Shown: piece by piece, positions 1 to 12,596 of the stretch
Layout of the letters: each line of letters opens with the position of its first letter
How positions within the stretch are numbered: the first letter of the stretch is position 1
From: Epithemia pelagica
Lineage: Eukaryota > Protista > Bacillariophyta
Reading direction: 5' to 3'
NCBI GenBank assembly: GCA_946965045.2
Contig: OX337228.1
Span: 4,712,001 to 4,776,000, forward strand
DNA: 64,000 nucleotides
Position numbers and translations under genes: made by a program
The notes under the pieces: generated by a model
What the model was told of the DNA's origin: nothing
Database searches by the model: none
What the model saw: only the letters and a program-made list of their open reading frames with translations

Positions 1-2953
1 AGCTATCGTCATCGTCATCGCCCATTGAATACAAGGACCTCGATGCCGACTGATCAATCCGACTAAAACTCCAGGAGCCACCAAGTCTGGGAAGTCCACT
101 GGATTCGCTTTCGCTGTCCCGTCTCTTTCGATTCTTGCGTCGCCTACTTGTACTGGTTGAAGTACTGCTTTGACTTCCGTGCGAGGAATTCCCATCTGTT
201 TCCGATGGCAAGTGCACCATCTTCTCATCTGGAGATGAGTTCGACTCCGCTGCAACAGGCTCACTAGGATTGGCCCTCTTGCGTATCCCCATTCCAACTC
301 CCATGAAAGGCCAGGATTTTGATGATGTAGCATCAGACTCGTCTTGTTCCGTCCTGTTGCGTTTCCATGCCCGAACTCCCATTATTCCAGCAGCGATTAA
401 TCCACCCAAGGCAAAAAGAAGCAGAACAATTTGCCATCCACTCATGGAGTCACTGTCATCGCCTTTTTCGTTATCAAGAGAGTTGCTCAAGCCATCCACA
501 GACTGCTGTTTTGATGGTTGGAGCGATGGTTCCTCTGTTGCGACTGACGGGTTTATGCTTGGGGAACCCACATGACCGTCAATATCATCATCGGTTCTGT
601 TTTCAGTGTTATTGTATACACTAGGACTATTCAGTGGTGACAACCCTTCATCGGTTGAATATGGCGAGGGACGCGTTGTCGGCCATTGTGTAGGCCATTG
701 TGTAGGCCATTGTGTCGGAATTTTGCTTGGTCTTCGACGCCGACTTGGTTGAACGCTTGGTCTAACAGTGGTTGGTAATAGAGTTGATATGAAGCTTGGC
801 TGCGGCGTCGAATCCTCCGAGAGCGTGTTCTGAAAATTTGGTGTTCGGGTGGGAGCTATGGTTGGTCTCCGTGTTGGAAATTTACTATAAGTCGTCGATG
901 GAGCACTTGATACGCCGGAAGGGTTCTTTGTAGTGATCGGTGCAATGGTTGGAGAGCGAGACGGGGGTATTGTTGGTGAGGGATTCGGGAGAACTGCTTC
1001 TTTGGATGGCTGTAAGCTTGGGTCTAAGGTGGGACCAGATGTAGGTTCTTCTGTCGTGGGCGAGGCCGAAGGTTCACGGGTGGGAGCCTGAGTTAGACTT
1101 TGGGTGCGTAATGATTCTTCTGTGGGAGACGATGTTAATTTGACCGATGGAGTTTGGGTCGGTTCTTCTGATGGTGTGGAAGAAGGTTCTTCTGATGGTG
1201 TGGAAGATGGTAGACTGCTTTTGCTTGGCAGTGCGCTGGGAAAAAGGGTGGGTGTTGCACTAGGTCCGGATGTAGGGTCCAGGGATGGTACAATACTGGG
1301 AAGCATGGAAGGAGCAGAACTTTGGGAGGGCAGGACACTTGGCGTTCTAGTCGGAGCCTCTGTTGGTGAAGCGGATGGAAACGTACTTGGTTGATTGGAT
1401 GGGGTATTTGTTGGATCATGGGTCGGTGACGAAGTAGGGGTACCAGAAGGTTGTTCACTAGGTGTAGCGCTTGGTTGGGCACTAACGGTAGGGACTGAAC
1501 TTGGGGCTGCACTTTGACTGGGTTGGGCCGAAACTGTAGGCACTAGACTGGGCATGTCACTTGGCGTCCCTGTGGGTGTAGCAGTTGAAGGGGCGTAGGT
1601 CGCAGAGGTTGGGTCCAATCCAACAAAGGACTCTGGGGAAGACGGCGAACTTGCGGCGGGAGACAAAGCGGGAGAAGCAACTGGAGATGAAAGCAGCCAC
1701 TCTCGAATGTTACATGTTTCACTGGTAAAAATGGTGGTTAAGTTTCCACAAGTCGCAGCAATCGAAACTGTACAGGGCCACATTTCTGCTATCGAAACAT
1801 CCTGAATCTCGCAACCACTAGGAACTGTCAAGTTTTCTCTCAGTAGCCATGTCGATGACTGGTTCTTTCCTTGATTGGCGAACAAAGCCATGCCATTTTG
1901 TGCACTCATCGCAAACACAGCGTCTGATAAGCCTGCCTTGTTGTATATTGCACCGAGTTTGACAGCGGTGGTGCGAGTCGACAATTGAGGCATTGTCTGT
2001 CTTGTACTAGAAAACGGGGTCATGTTAAGTTCATAGAAGTACTGTGTTACAGTGTTTTTTGTGTCGTTGTTTGCCACGATGATTTCCCTCGTTCCATCCC
2101 CGCTAATATCGCCAATATCAATCGCTGCCACATCCAAAGAGTTGTCGTTGTCGACCTGAAACTGGGTGTATGTATCAATAGATGACTGGTACAAGGCAGC
2201 TATCGCGGAGTCAGAAATTTATAGCATTTTGATTCGTACAGTTAGATACGACTTACTCAATTCTCCAGACGAAGATCCAACCACTATACCATGGTTGGGA
2301 CCAACACTGTCGGCTGCCAATGCGGTAGCATCTTCGAAGGGCTGCGTGGTAAAATTTTTAGAGGCTGTTGTGGAATATCCTCCATTGCCGTTGTTCGTTG
2401 GCTCATATATTGATACGCCGTTGCTGTCTGAAACAACCAAGGCCGGAAAATTATTTCCTCCTAGTCCTCTGGAGAAAACACCATAACGTGCAGTGGAAGG
2501 TGACGTCCATATTTTGGTGGTTTTCATTTGACATGTTCTGGAATCAGGAGGCCAGTATCCACATGATGACACTCGGATTTCCAGTAATATAGCTGGTTGA
2601 TTGGATGTACTGCCTGCTAGGAGAATGCCCATGCTTGTGCTGGACGTAAGACTGGTCACATCAACGCTCCGGTACGAACCTCCGAACTCTTGAGGTAGTG
2701 CGACGGGATCCGAGAAAGAAAATTCATTCGAATCCATGTCCTTTCCCGTGTTGACGAGAACGAATCCCCGTGATGCATTGGCAAAATATCCAGAGGAAAA
2801 CACAAGGTCGGTGGCACCATCATTATTGACATCAACCAATGCGACCCCGCTGTATTGAGAACTTGTTTCTATTGTTTGGGATGTCCATGTCCTTCCAAAT
2901 GTCAGTGGTATGGACAGGAGGGCTACAATCCTGATCCATGGTACAACCGGCAT
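1..2953 (-). CDS. FG-GAP/VCBS-repeat type I membrane protein with Pro/Ser/Thr stalk (paralog A); 3' end runs off the window
   Basis: Likely ATG at 2953 (MPVVPWIRIVALLSIPLTFG, signal-like; the frame is open from 3037). Exon 1 ends at 2257, then a phase-1 intron 2256-2200 (GTAAGT...AG), then exon 2 read as open from 2199 to position 1. Motifs: VALVDVNNDGATDLVF and IDIGDISGDGTREII, a long PSxxP/PTxxP stalk including (TQWP)3, TM WQIVLLLFALGGLIAAGIMGV, and a cytoplasmic tail. Confidence 0.8.
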
Positions 2954-3355
2954 GTTTATTTTTGGAACCGAACTAAATTCAAGACCGAGTAGAGTGTTCA
3001 AACGGCGTGTTTCCCTCTGAAGTGCCATTTTTTCCATTTCAACGGTCTCACTCGTTTTGAGAGTGAGCGGTTGCTCGTCCTGTGGTCGCCAAGCGCGTCT
3101 TGAGAGTAGCCTGCGCTTGAATTAATAATCTATTATGTAAGCCCAAACTGGCAGGCGTCCTGTACATTACCCCTCATCGAAAAGCATGCGGCTCCTCATT
3201 CATTGGTCCGTTGGAAGAAAAAATATGAAGCTATCGTGTTGTCCTTTCTCACAATTTCAATCGTACTTTTTAGCCTCAAGACGTCAGGACCGAGACAAGA
3301 GGAAGGCGACATCGTAAAAAGAGTCAAGCCATTGCAAAAGTACCAAAAAAGAAAA

Positions 3356-5880
3356 ATGGTAGTCACCGAGGCCTTGCTGTCAATATGTACTGTGGCATTC
3401 TGGTCTGTTCTGATCTCAGCCATCACTTACATCCCTGTTGCAACGGGAACACAATCGTCCATGTGGACAACCCAAACTCTTCACACAACGCCAACATTTG
3501 CCTCTGACTACCCTGGACCGCACCAAAGTGTTGTGATATCAGATATCAACTACGATGGAGCAATGGATCTCGTCTTTGCGGGGCCACGACCCTTCGCCTT
3601 GATCAACGTGGGCAAGCAGAGTGGCTCCAACGAAATTGATTTTTCAGATCCAATACCAATCACGACTGGAGCAACCCAAGACACGACATTCACGAACGTC
3701 GACATTGCATTTATCCCTTTTTATGGAGAGGATTCCCCTTGTGTGCTGCTGTCGGGTGGGGACGCAGCGGCTATTTTGGTGAAATTGGAAGTGTCAACCT
3801 GTGGATTTTGGCCGCCCAATTCAAACTGCCGCGGTAAATCACGAGTGCTGTGGACCGATCCTTCTCTCAGTGGCAGTATAACTGCGCGATTTGCACCAGA
3901 TTTGGGAGAAGAAGCGTTCCCCGCCATGGTGGTGGCTACAGGTTCAGGCGTTTCCATCTACCAACCTCAACAGGGCGGCTTTTCCACCCCAGCCAACACA
4001 TTTACAACATCCGAGTTTACCAGTGTCACGGCACTCTCTATTGGATCTCCAGGGATGGAACCAGGGTTCATTGTTCATTCATCATCAGGTGTTTCAAGTA
4101 AGTGGTTTGGTTCTTGAAAGATTAAAATACAATGAACGGGTTTTCCGCTTACACATCTTTCTTGTTTCTTGTGTGCATTGAAGCTGCCGTTACAAGGGAC
4201 AGTACTTCTCCCAATACGTATACCATTGTCCAAATTGGCAGTTCTGACGAAAATATAGCCGCCATGGATATGGCAAACATGGCTGGAGCTAACTCCAATG
4301 ATGTAGTTGTATTAACTGGACAGACAGGGCAACAAACATATCAAATGGTCGATAGTCATGGGTCATCACAAACCATCGTTTTACCTTGGGGCAGTGAGGC
4401 CACCACCATGAAGCTTGGACAACTCTTTAGTATTAACACAATGTCCGATGCTGATACTACTTACGCTTTGTCTGATGCTGTAATTGGCACTGACCAAGGT
4501 ATGCTGGTTCTGTTTCGAAATCAAGGTGTGGATACAACGGAGTTGGTACAAGATGAGACTGTTTCCTTCGACACTGATTGTTCGATCCAAAACCTTGCCA
4601 TGGGAGAGTTGTGGCCCTGTACTGTGTCGATCGTTGCCACAACATCCTGTTCTTCACCGCAAACAGCAAGTGATTCTTTCGTTGCAACTATGGAAACATG
4701 TGATTTCATGGAATGGTTGCAATCTTTACAGAGTCCAGCAGCCTCTCCCCTCTGGACGCCAAGTGGACCAATATCCCCGGCTTCCCCGTTCGCTTCTCAA
4801 CGAGCCTCCGCACCATCCTTTTCAATAACGAGTGAAGGAAGCCTTGCACCTTCGCAGAAACCCAGCAATGTCCCATCGGCTAATCCGAGTCAGTGGCCTA
4901 GCCAATATCCAACCAAACGACCAAGTAATATGCCAACAAGAACACCCCAAATAACACACAATCCATCGGAGAGCCCAACGTTCAACCCCACAAACATTCC
5001 TACCAAGTCGCTTAGTCCATCAAGCAATCCGAGTGTAAGCGTTCGTCCATCGGAACCACACCCTTCCCCTCGTCCAAGCGCGAGCCCAACGATGTCACCA
5101 AGGCCCATCTCGGTAGCGAGTTCGACTTCGAGACCTTCTTTTTCGATGAGAGCAAGTCCCACGTTTCAACCTTCAAGTGGTCCAACTACAAATGCTCCTT
5201 CCAGTAAACCTTCTGTAGGACCATCCCAAGAACCATCTGATGAACCGTCACATGAACCATCTGATGAACCATCCCATGAACCATCCCATGAACCATCACA
5301 AGAACCATCACAAGAACCGTCCTACCAGCCATCCCTTCAACCATCGACTGGACCGTCCGACCATCCCTCAGCTCTTCCATCAAATCAGCCTTCTGATCTC
5401 CCGAGCGAAAACCCGAGCCCAGCACCATCGAAAGACCCATCAAGTTCACCGACACCTAAATTCGAGCCAAAGTTTGATTTCCAGCAAGCATATGGATCTC
5501 ATCATAACACTGAAGGAAAACAGAATGGTCGCATGATGGCTGAATGGCAGGTTGTACTCTTGATTGTGGGTGGAGCCTTGCTGCTAATAGCCTTTATTGG
5601 GTATCGTATGTTGGCGGTACCACCTCGCAGTCCGCAAGATGCCGAAGACACACCGCACGTCCGCGACTTGATTTCATCGTCAAGTTTGCTATCCAAAAGT
5701 GGACAGAATAGTAGTTCGACTTCAACAAGAGGGACTTCGGAAAACTGGAGTTGGAGTCAGGCCGATCGGTCTGTGAGTGAGACGCTTTCAAAGGAGGACT
5801 CATTCCCGGCGAATGACGATTGGTCGAACATTCGTTCCGACACCTCCGAGTTGACCGGACGAGTGGCGTCATTCCGTTGA
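3356..5880 (+). CDS. FG-GAP/VCBS-repeat type I membrane protein with Pro/Ser/Thr stalk (paralog B)
   Basis: ATG at 3356 (MVVTEALLSICTVAFWSVLISAIT, signal-like). Exon 1 is 3356-4097, then a phase-1 intron 4098-4183 (GTAAGT...AAG), then exon 2 4184-5880. Motifs: VVISDINYDGAMDLVF, EPS(D/H/Q) tetrapeptide repeats, TM WQVVLLIVGGALLLIAFIGY. Confidence 0.8.
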
Positions 5881-6250
5881 CAACATCATGTTATTAGATC
5901 ATATGATGATTAGGTTAGAGAAACTTTTGTCCCGTTTGGAGAAGTAGACTGCTTCGACTTACTCCTACAATGAACTGAGAACTAGGAGTAAGCTTCGAAG
6001 GTCTTTGCTTACTCCTCTACCGATAGGGGTAGCACCAAATGGTCTGGTCGCATAAGGGGTCGTCGAAAATCCGGTCGCTGAAACATGACTGACACAGACA
6101 AGAATCGCCTTGGCACAACAGTCAACTTCACCGTCGTTGACAATGTGGTCGTCGTGCAATGGTCACGCAACCATTAACAGCTGTGTTCTTGTATTCAATG
6201 AGACAGCGGAAATCTGAGGATCATCCGATGCGGTAGCTACAACGGAAATT

Positions 6251-9200
6251 ATGTCTTTACTATCACAAGCAGCGCGACGCCAACGACTAGGAGGAGGACG
6301 ACTGTCTCCTCTATCCGTATACAGTCGGAGTCTTGCGTCTGTTGCAAGCCATGTGGAGGTCCAAAGAAGGATTGGCCCTTTTTACAAAACTCGACCTCAA
6401 CAAAATTCCCGGTATTGCGGAGAAAATACTTTATTTGGATCATCGAGATACTTTTCAAGTGACCAGCTGAACGGCAATGAATCAAACGCCGACGTACAAC
6501 AAGGGCCGCCGTCTACTCCTCCTGGCTTGGTGTCTTCGTTGTCCGCTTCGTCGCGGGAAGGCTCGAAGCACCAATTGCTAAGGTTACGTGATCGTCCTCT
6601 GGGTACCTTCGACTGGAACGATTGGGAGATTGCAGTCGCTGAATTTGCCAGCTGTTTGGATGCTTTGCCGTCGTCTCGGACTCGGCCTCTCACTACAACG
6701 GAACATTCGGTTGCAGTGGGAGAAAAAGACAACAGGGGCGAGAATCAGGTTGACTCTGTGCACGATGAGGCAAAGACAGCTACTAAATTGGAACGAACAT
6801 CGTGGTTAGGAACTGGTCGTCTGGTACTCCAAGCGGAGGAGTGGTTGAATCGGTTTCACTTGGAGGCAAGGACAAGGTCGTTTGTCTCAAAACAGTTTTT
6901 GCAACCCTTGGATTTATGCGTCATGTCGCTTGCTACTGTTGATGCGTGGTTGCAATTGCATCGCGTCTTTCCACAAACACCCATTCCATTGCAACGAGCT
7001 CAAGAACAATGGCAAGGAATGGCCAAGGAATGGCATCGTTTTGCTGTTGAGCAACCAGAATGCTATCATTATCAACCACGCAACGATGACACGCGCAGAA
7101 AGGAAAACGAAGAAGCGTATCAAACAGCGGTTCAAGCTTGTGTTGATATAACTCGGGCGTGGGTGCGGTATTCATCCAAAATACAACAAGAAGTACCAAC
7201 CGCAATGGCCAACGTGGAGGGTCTGGAACCTGCCCTGTCCCTGTTACTGTCACCAGATCTCATAGATTTCTTCGACTCCAATCCGCAACCCATTGTTCCT
7301 GTCTTTCACGAAGTGTTAAAACAATGTCTGTCCACAGTAGGAGCTGAACATTGTGCAGCCAAACTGTTGCAGTATATGGAAAAGGTGGCCAACAATGTTC
7401 ACACGAAGACTGATTCCTCGTCCTCATGGGAAAGTATCCGGCCTGCTTTAACTGATCTCCAGCGAGCTTTGGGATTGGATTTGACTTCCAGTGGTAAGGA
7501 GATTCCTTTTGACGAAGGTTCTCGTCAAGCCTTGGTGGATGAGGCTGGAAAACGGTTGCTGTATCGACAGGTAATGTCCAATGTGGAAAACGCCACCACA
7601 ATGGATGACAACCTTATAGAGCAAGCCCTATCAGTATGGAGCACATTGGAAAATCCCGACCCCTTGCAACATGCCTTGTCACTGGCCATGGCCGAGTATT
7701 TTCTCCGAATGGGAGATGTTGTCGAGGCTACCTCATGGATTCAACGATTGGGCGAGAAAGCTTTGGCCGAAATATCGAAGGGACATGATGGAAATCGGGT
7801 GCTTGGGCTCTTGGCCCAAACCGTGGTTCTATGGATTCAAAATCGAGAAGACCACGCCTCAGCCTATCACCACGCGGAAGCGATTTTGACGCTGTACGAA
7901 AAAGTTTGTTCAGTAGTCATTTCTCAAGGGACACAGTTCGCTCCCGCCATATTGGACAATAGACTGCACCTTGCATTGGCCAGGTCCTGGTTTTCTTCAG
8001 GAGAACTGTTGGGCTTCCAGAAAGCCGCCAACGTCGCATTGCGTCCTGAAACACCGAATTTAGATCTCCTTGAGATGGCCTTGGAAGCCTATCAACAATG
8101 GAGAGGAGAGCAAAAGATCCCTATTGTACAGGTATCGAAGGCATACAGATGGTTTATGAAACTTGTTCCGTCCATGGCTTTTGAACAAGTAAAAGTGAAT
8201 GGTGAAAAACTCATTGCTACCATGATTACCACGGACCGTCAAAGCGAAGCTGTGAGCGTCTTCCAAATGTTGGTGGATAGGAAGATAGCTCTTTCCGGGC
8301 ATGTGGCACAGTGCCTCTTGACTGGCATAAAGGAAAGTTCACAACTTCACAGCCAAGTGGTACAGATATTGCTGAGTGGATCGAGAAAAGTGTTGACTCC
8401 ACCATTGGCCATGACCGTTGTCCAATCGATGGAACCATATCCCTCTGAAATGCATTTATCCTTTATCGATGATTTGATATCGAGCGAGATGCTGTCTTCC
8501 GCCGATGGAAACATGGTTGAGGAAACAGAGGTAGTTCCGTTTCTCAGAGGATGCACCGACAAACTTTTGGAATGGAACGAACCCATTCGGGCACTTGGAG
8601 TACTGGATAAGGCAGAAGCCGCGATGACAAACGTTGACAGCCGGGTTCCTCTGGAATGCTACCAAGATGTCATTACTCATCTATTGAAGAAACAAAAAAA
8701 TGGAAGTCTTGCGAGTCAAGTTTTTCGTCGGATTAGAAGCCAAACAGAATCAACAAGCTCGATGACGACGAGAAGAACACAGCCTTTGCCACACTGCGAA
8801 TTCTGTGAAAAATACATTAATTCTGTGACGGGCACGGGAAATTGGCTTTTCAGTGAATGCCGGCATGTTCTTAGTTGGCTTGCAAAAATGTACAAGGACA
8901 GTGGAGATGTCGCTTTCAAGCCAAAATTCTCCATGTACTCGAAGCTTCTGTACTATTTGTACCAACTCAGAGGCGAAGAAGAGTTTCTAGTTCCCAAAAC
9001 AAAACAACTCATTCAGGAAATGGCAGAACTGAATCTCCACGACAGCAGCGACACCCTTGATGAGGCAAAACGGCCATTTCACCAGGCGTTGCAGATTGCA
9101 TGCAAATGTTCGAGAGACGAATGTTTTGATCTTGCACTGAATATCTACAAGATAATGGAACAAAATGGAGTTGGCGCGGATTCCACTGCCCTAAACAAAC

Positions 9201-9583
9201 TATTGTGGACCTCCTTGTTCTATCGGGATATCAATACGCGTCCATTACAACTCCAAACAGTGATGAATCTGTTTGGAGAGGCAAGGACGAAAGGGATTGT
9301 GTCCGAGCACAGCTACTCCCTGGGCTTTCAAGTCATAGATCGTCTCGCCCGTGGTCACGTAAGAGAACCTGTAATCGAACGCATGTTTCAACTGTGCTGT
9401 CAGGATGGCTTTCTCTCAGATCGTGTAAAAGATGACATCCGACGAATGGTACCGCAACGCTCGTGGAACCGTATTTACAGTTTTACCTTGAAGGGGAACA
9501 CTGAGGAGCCAAAAGATTGGAGTCGAAATATAGAGGGAAACCATCTGCTTGAAGACAGTTTTGAGGTCGTGCGTCGTGCATAA
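6251..9583 (+). CDS. PPR/helical-repeat protein, probably mitochondrion-targeted (1110 aa)
   Basis: Uninterrupted ORF with an Arg/Ser-rich N-terminus lacking acidic residues (…RYFSS). Degenerate PPR-like helices such as ALNIYKIMEQNGVGADSTALNKLL, and a C-terminal MFQLCCQDGFLS…DWSRN segment. Repeats judged by eye only. Confidence 0.6.
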   Translation: MSLLSQAARRQRLGGGRLSPLSVYSRSLASVASHVEVQRRIGPFYKTRPQQNSRYCGENTLFGSSRYFSSDQLNGNESNADVQQGPPSTPPGLVSSLSASSREGSKHQLLRLRDRPLGTFDWNDWEIAVAEFASCLDALPSSRTRPLTTTEHSVAVGEKDNRGENQVDSVHDEAKTATKLERTSWLGTGRLVLQAEEWLNRFHLEARTRSFVSKQFLQPLDLCVMSLATVDAWLQLHRVFPQTPIPLQRAQEQWQGMAKEWHRFAVEQPECYHYQPRNDDTRRKENEEAYQTAVQACVDITRAWVRYSSKIQQEVPTAMANVEGLEPALSLLLSPDLIDFFDSNPQPIVPVFHEVLKQCLSTVGAEHCAAKLLQYMEKVANNVHTKTDSSSSWESIRPALTDLQRALGLDLTSSGKEIPFDEGSRQALVDEAGKRLLYRQVMSNVENATTMDDNLIEQALSVWSTLENPDPLQHALSLAMAEYFLRMGDVVEATSWIQRLGEKALAEISKGHDGNRVLGLLAQTVVLWIQNREDHASAYHHAEAILTLYEKVCSVVISQGTQFAPAILDNRLHLALARSWFSSGELLGFQKAANVALRPETPNLDLLEMALEAYQQWRGEQKIPIVQVSKAYRWFMKLVPSMAFEQVKVNGEKLIATMITTDRQSEAVSVFQMLVDRKIALSGHVAQCLLTGIKESSQLHSQVVQILLSGSRKVLTPPLAMTVVQSMEPYPSEMHLSFIDDLISSEMLSSADGNMVEETEVVPFLRGCTDKLLEWNEPIRALGVLDKAEAAMTNVDSRVPLECYQDVITHLLKKQKNGSLASQVFRRIRSQTESTSSMTTRRTQPLPHCEFCEKYINSVTGTGNWLFSECRHVLSWLAKMYKDSGDVAFKPKFSMYSKLLYYLYQLRGEEEFLVPKTKQLIQEMAELNLHDSSDTLDEAKRPFHQALQIACKCSRDECFDLALNIYKIMEQNGVGADSTALNKLLWTSLFYRDINTRPLQLQTVMNLFGEARTKGIVSEHSYSLGFQVIDRLARGHVREPVIERMFQLCCQDGFLSDRVKDDIRRMVPQRSWNRIYSFTLKGNTEEPKDWSRNIEGNHLLEDSFEVVRRA

Positions 9584-10308
9584 AAAGTCAGCGGAAAAAG
9601 ACAAGGAACATGCTGTTTAGTTCTTTCGTTAACGTTCACTGATTTAGTTACTTTCAACCAGTGAAGTGTTACCTTCATCCTTCAGTCAGAAGGAGGATGT
9701 GTCTCTAGAGAGAGTAAAGGAAGGGGATAGTCTGTCTACAGCTAGAAGACAGACTAGACTACCTGTTCTACCTCTACGTCTCTAACACCGGCATAATATT
9801 GGAATTGGTAACATACCACAGGCCACGGGCCACAGGACTCAGGACTCGTGCAATTTCATGGGTATTCGCATTGCCGCCTGACCAGACCGAAATTGCGTTC
9901 TGCTCAGTTCTTCCCCGTCTTTCTTCTGCGATTGAACCGGAATGTCATCTGACGTGTATCAGCTGCAAAGCTCATCCGTCCATCCATTTTCCCAAAACCC
10001 TTTGAATCTTCTCATAGCTTCCTTTCAAGGTAGGGAACCTTTCACGCCCATGACATGGGTATTCTCGTGTACAGATTCTTCACAGTGTAATTGTAAATCC
10101 GGGTTTTCCCTTGACACCATTTGCATCTTCTCAAATCTGAATTGCCGCTCACATTTTCGCAGCAAGTTCAAGAAATGCTCGGGAACAGACTTCCGTCCAA
10201 CAACAAGTCACTTATCACTTCCCAATTCTTAGCCAGTATCAGTCAATCCGGTCCTCTTTCCGGATCTTTGTCATTGTAGGCATTCAGTTTTTGGTCCATA
10301 AAATTGGG

Positions 10309-10902
10309 ATGAACAGCGTCATGACCATGAATACGCTAGCTCAAATTGAAAGCACAGGTGCGCGTGGAATACGCCCACTTTTGCATGGCACCTCTCAATG
10401 TGGGAACGACTCTCCCCATGAAAATATGTCAGTGGAAAGGTTTCCCTCGGAAATTGTAGTGAAGAGAACTACATCTGCGGTGAAATCAAAAACCGGTGTT
10501 TACTTCCTAAATCGAGAAGTTCCAATGCCAATACATCCTCTGCAAGCTACAGAACACGGTTTGCCATCAAAGTCTCTATGCAAGATGGTTCGCATTGTTC
10601 CTATGGGAAAGCCTTTGTCGCCTGCCCCACGTCTAGGGCATCTCAAAATGATGAGACATAGCAGAGAGAGTCGCTCGGGTCCTCCACACAAGGTATCAAG
10701 GAAGGTCAAACATCGGCAGGCGAAAACAAATGTTGCTCCTATTCCACTTAGTCCTGAAGAGGAGCTTTTCCTCGAAGCTGCTACTGCCTTGCGGGCATCA
10801 CACGTCCCGAGTGCTGAAAATACGTACACCCATACGAAAAAGGATAACGTATCGAAGAAAGCTCTTCCGCCACCGCCTTTCAGAATTGCAGAGGCCGCTT
10901 GA
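10309..10902 (+). CDS. Hypothetical protein (~197 aa)
   Basis: ORF 10291-10902 with first ATG at 10309. Contains PMGKPLSPAPRL and a Pro-rich end; no recognised domain. Confidence 0.45.
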   Translation: MNSVMTMNTLAQIESTGARGIRPLLHGTSQCGNDSPHENMSVERFPSEIVVKRTTSAVKSKTGVYFLNREVPMPIHPLQATEHGLPSKSLCKMVRIVPMGKPLSPAPRLGHLKMMRHSRESRSGPPHKVSRKVKHRQAKTNVAPIPLSPEEELFLEAATALRASHVPSAENTYTHTKKDNVSKKALPPPPFRIAEAA

Positions 10903-12596
10903 TTTCTGCTTGCCAGCATTGGCAAAAGGAGCACACAAGACTACTTTTTCTTGTATCACTAGCTAAATGTAATTCATTAATCGGTTCGTAATACCTTATG
11001 GACGAAGTATATTAGATCTGCGAGTAAGAGTAAGGAGCTATCCTAATCCTAACTCAGCCGTTTCGGGCGAAAACGCCAGAGGTGTTGTCTTGAAGCGCTT
11101 TGTATGGACATTGGACAGAATTGGATTTAATTCCTTCCCCTCCGACTGGAAACATCACACATCACTCTTGTTCCGCTATCGCAAATTACAACTTCCGGTC
11201 GTGCTGCAGTTTCGACAAAGAACCCTCCGATTGCGGGGGTACCTCCCGTCTGCTGTCCATACGGTTATTCCCAAATTTTCCTAAAAATGTAAAAATATTT
11301 CTGTCAAATTTCTTTTGGTTTAGCACATTATTATAACGTCCAAGCCAACTGTAATTGGCTTCGCCCAATTGTGTAGCCGCTTGCGCTCATGCAAGTTGTG
11401 AGCCGTGAGACTTGACGAAAGAAATCTACAAGCCCATTTTGTACTCTATAGTCTATATTGTTTCAGAAGCAAGTACTCTTTACGCAGTAGTGGATCAAGC
11501 TTCACGGAATCATCACACACACACACCAAACCATGAAATACACACACACAGTGCAATGCACCTCTAGGAGTATGAACACAAGCTCCTGGCACTTTGTCTA
11601 TGGGAAATATAAAAGTATAGTCCACTACTAGTTTAGGCTTCCTGCTTCCTGGGCTTATATACCCCATGATGACGCTGTCAAACCTTGGCTTCATCATTGC
11701 GCAGTGGTTGATTGTTCATTGCAGTGGTTGATTGTCATGTTTCATGTTGTCATCCTTCCTTTGATACATTCCGCCTTCACTTGTGATCTAGGTGGATGGT
11801 TTTGACCACAAAGTTGTCACTGTGGTCGTTCGTACGGCTGGATGGTTTTCTTTTGGTTTTTGGTGTGCTCATGGTCGTCTTTTGTGGTGTTGCTCGAAAA
11901 GTGAGACGATTCCTGGCCCTTTTGTGCCAGCAATACAAGGCGTGACCGGCGCGTCGATTTCGAACGATCGAAGGGAGGCTGGCGATATCACCCGGCTGGC
12001 GCTTTGGGAAAAATACGAGACAATTTTTTTCCTTTCGGATGACGGACGAACAAAGGTACCCCCCCAATCGCACCCACCACGAGAGAAAGGTCATTCTATC
12101 TTCCTCGCGTGTCGCGTGTCGAGTGTCGAGTGAGTGTGGAGGGTGGAGGGTGGAGGGTGGAGGTGGAGTAAATCAGGGACGTACGTTTGGAGGAATCTTT
12201 GTATAAGCAATGATGCATAACAAACGACGCATTGATGTCACACATGTTCCATCGGCAATGAGAACTTTTCTTCGCGCACTACTTCTGTCATTCATTTAAA
12301 ACTGAATATCGGGACTCAACAAACAGGACTCATCGATCGGACTGCTATACTGTAATATGTAATGACGGCGCCAGAATTGCCGCTTAGGAATTGTAAGACT
12401 ACAGCCTTCGGCACTCCCTATCGTCAATAGATACTATCTTTTTTCGTATCTACATAAAAATTTAAAAGATACGTATTATTCTTTCCAGTATATCCTCTGC
12501 ATTCTGCATCGAAGATCTTAGGAGTATTCTAAAATTTATAAGTAGTACTGAATGTTGAGAAAGTAGGCAGAAGAGTCAGTAGTGTAGAAGAATTAG

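Noticed and set aside
3203-3355. N-terminal extension of paralog B given by the ORF track
   Set aside because: Starts at TTG, and ATG 3356 directly precedes a signal peptide.
5221-5345. CRISPR-like 12-bp tandem repeats (GAACCATC…)
   Set aside because: In-frame EPS(D/H/Q) coding repeats with no spacers, in a eukaryotic gene.
12137-12168. (GGAGGGT)n run as a telomere or regulatory G-quadruplex
   Set aside because: Only three GGG tracts, and indistinguishable from a short microsatellite.
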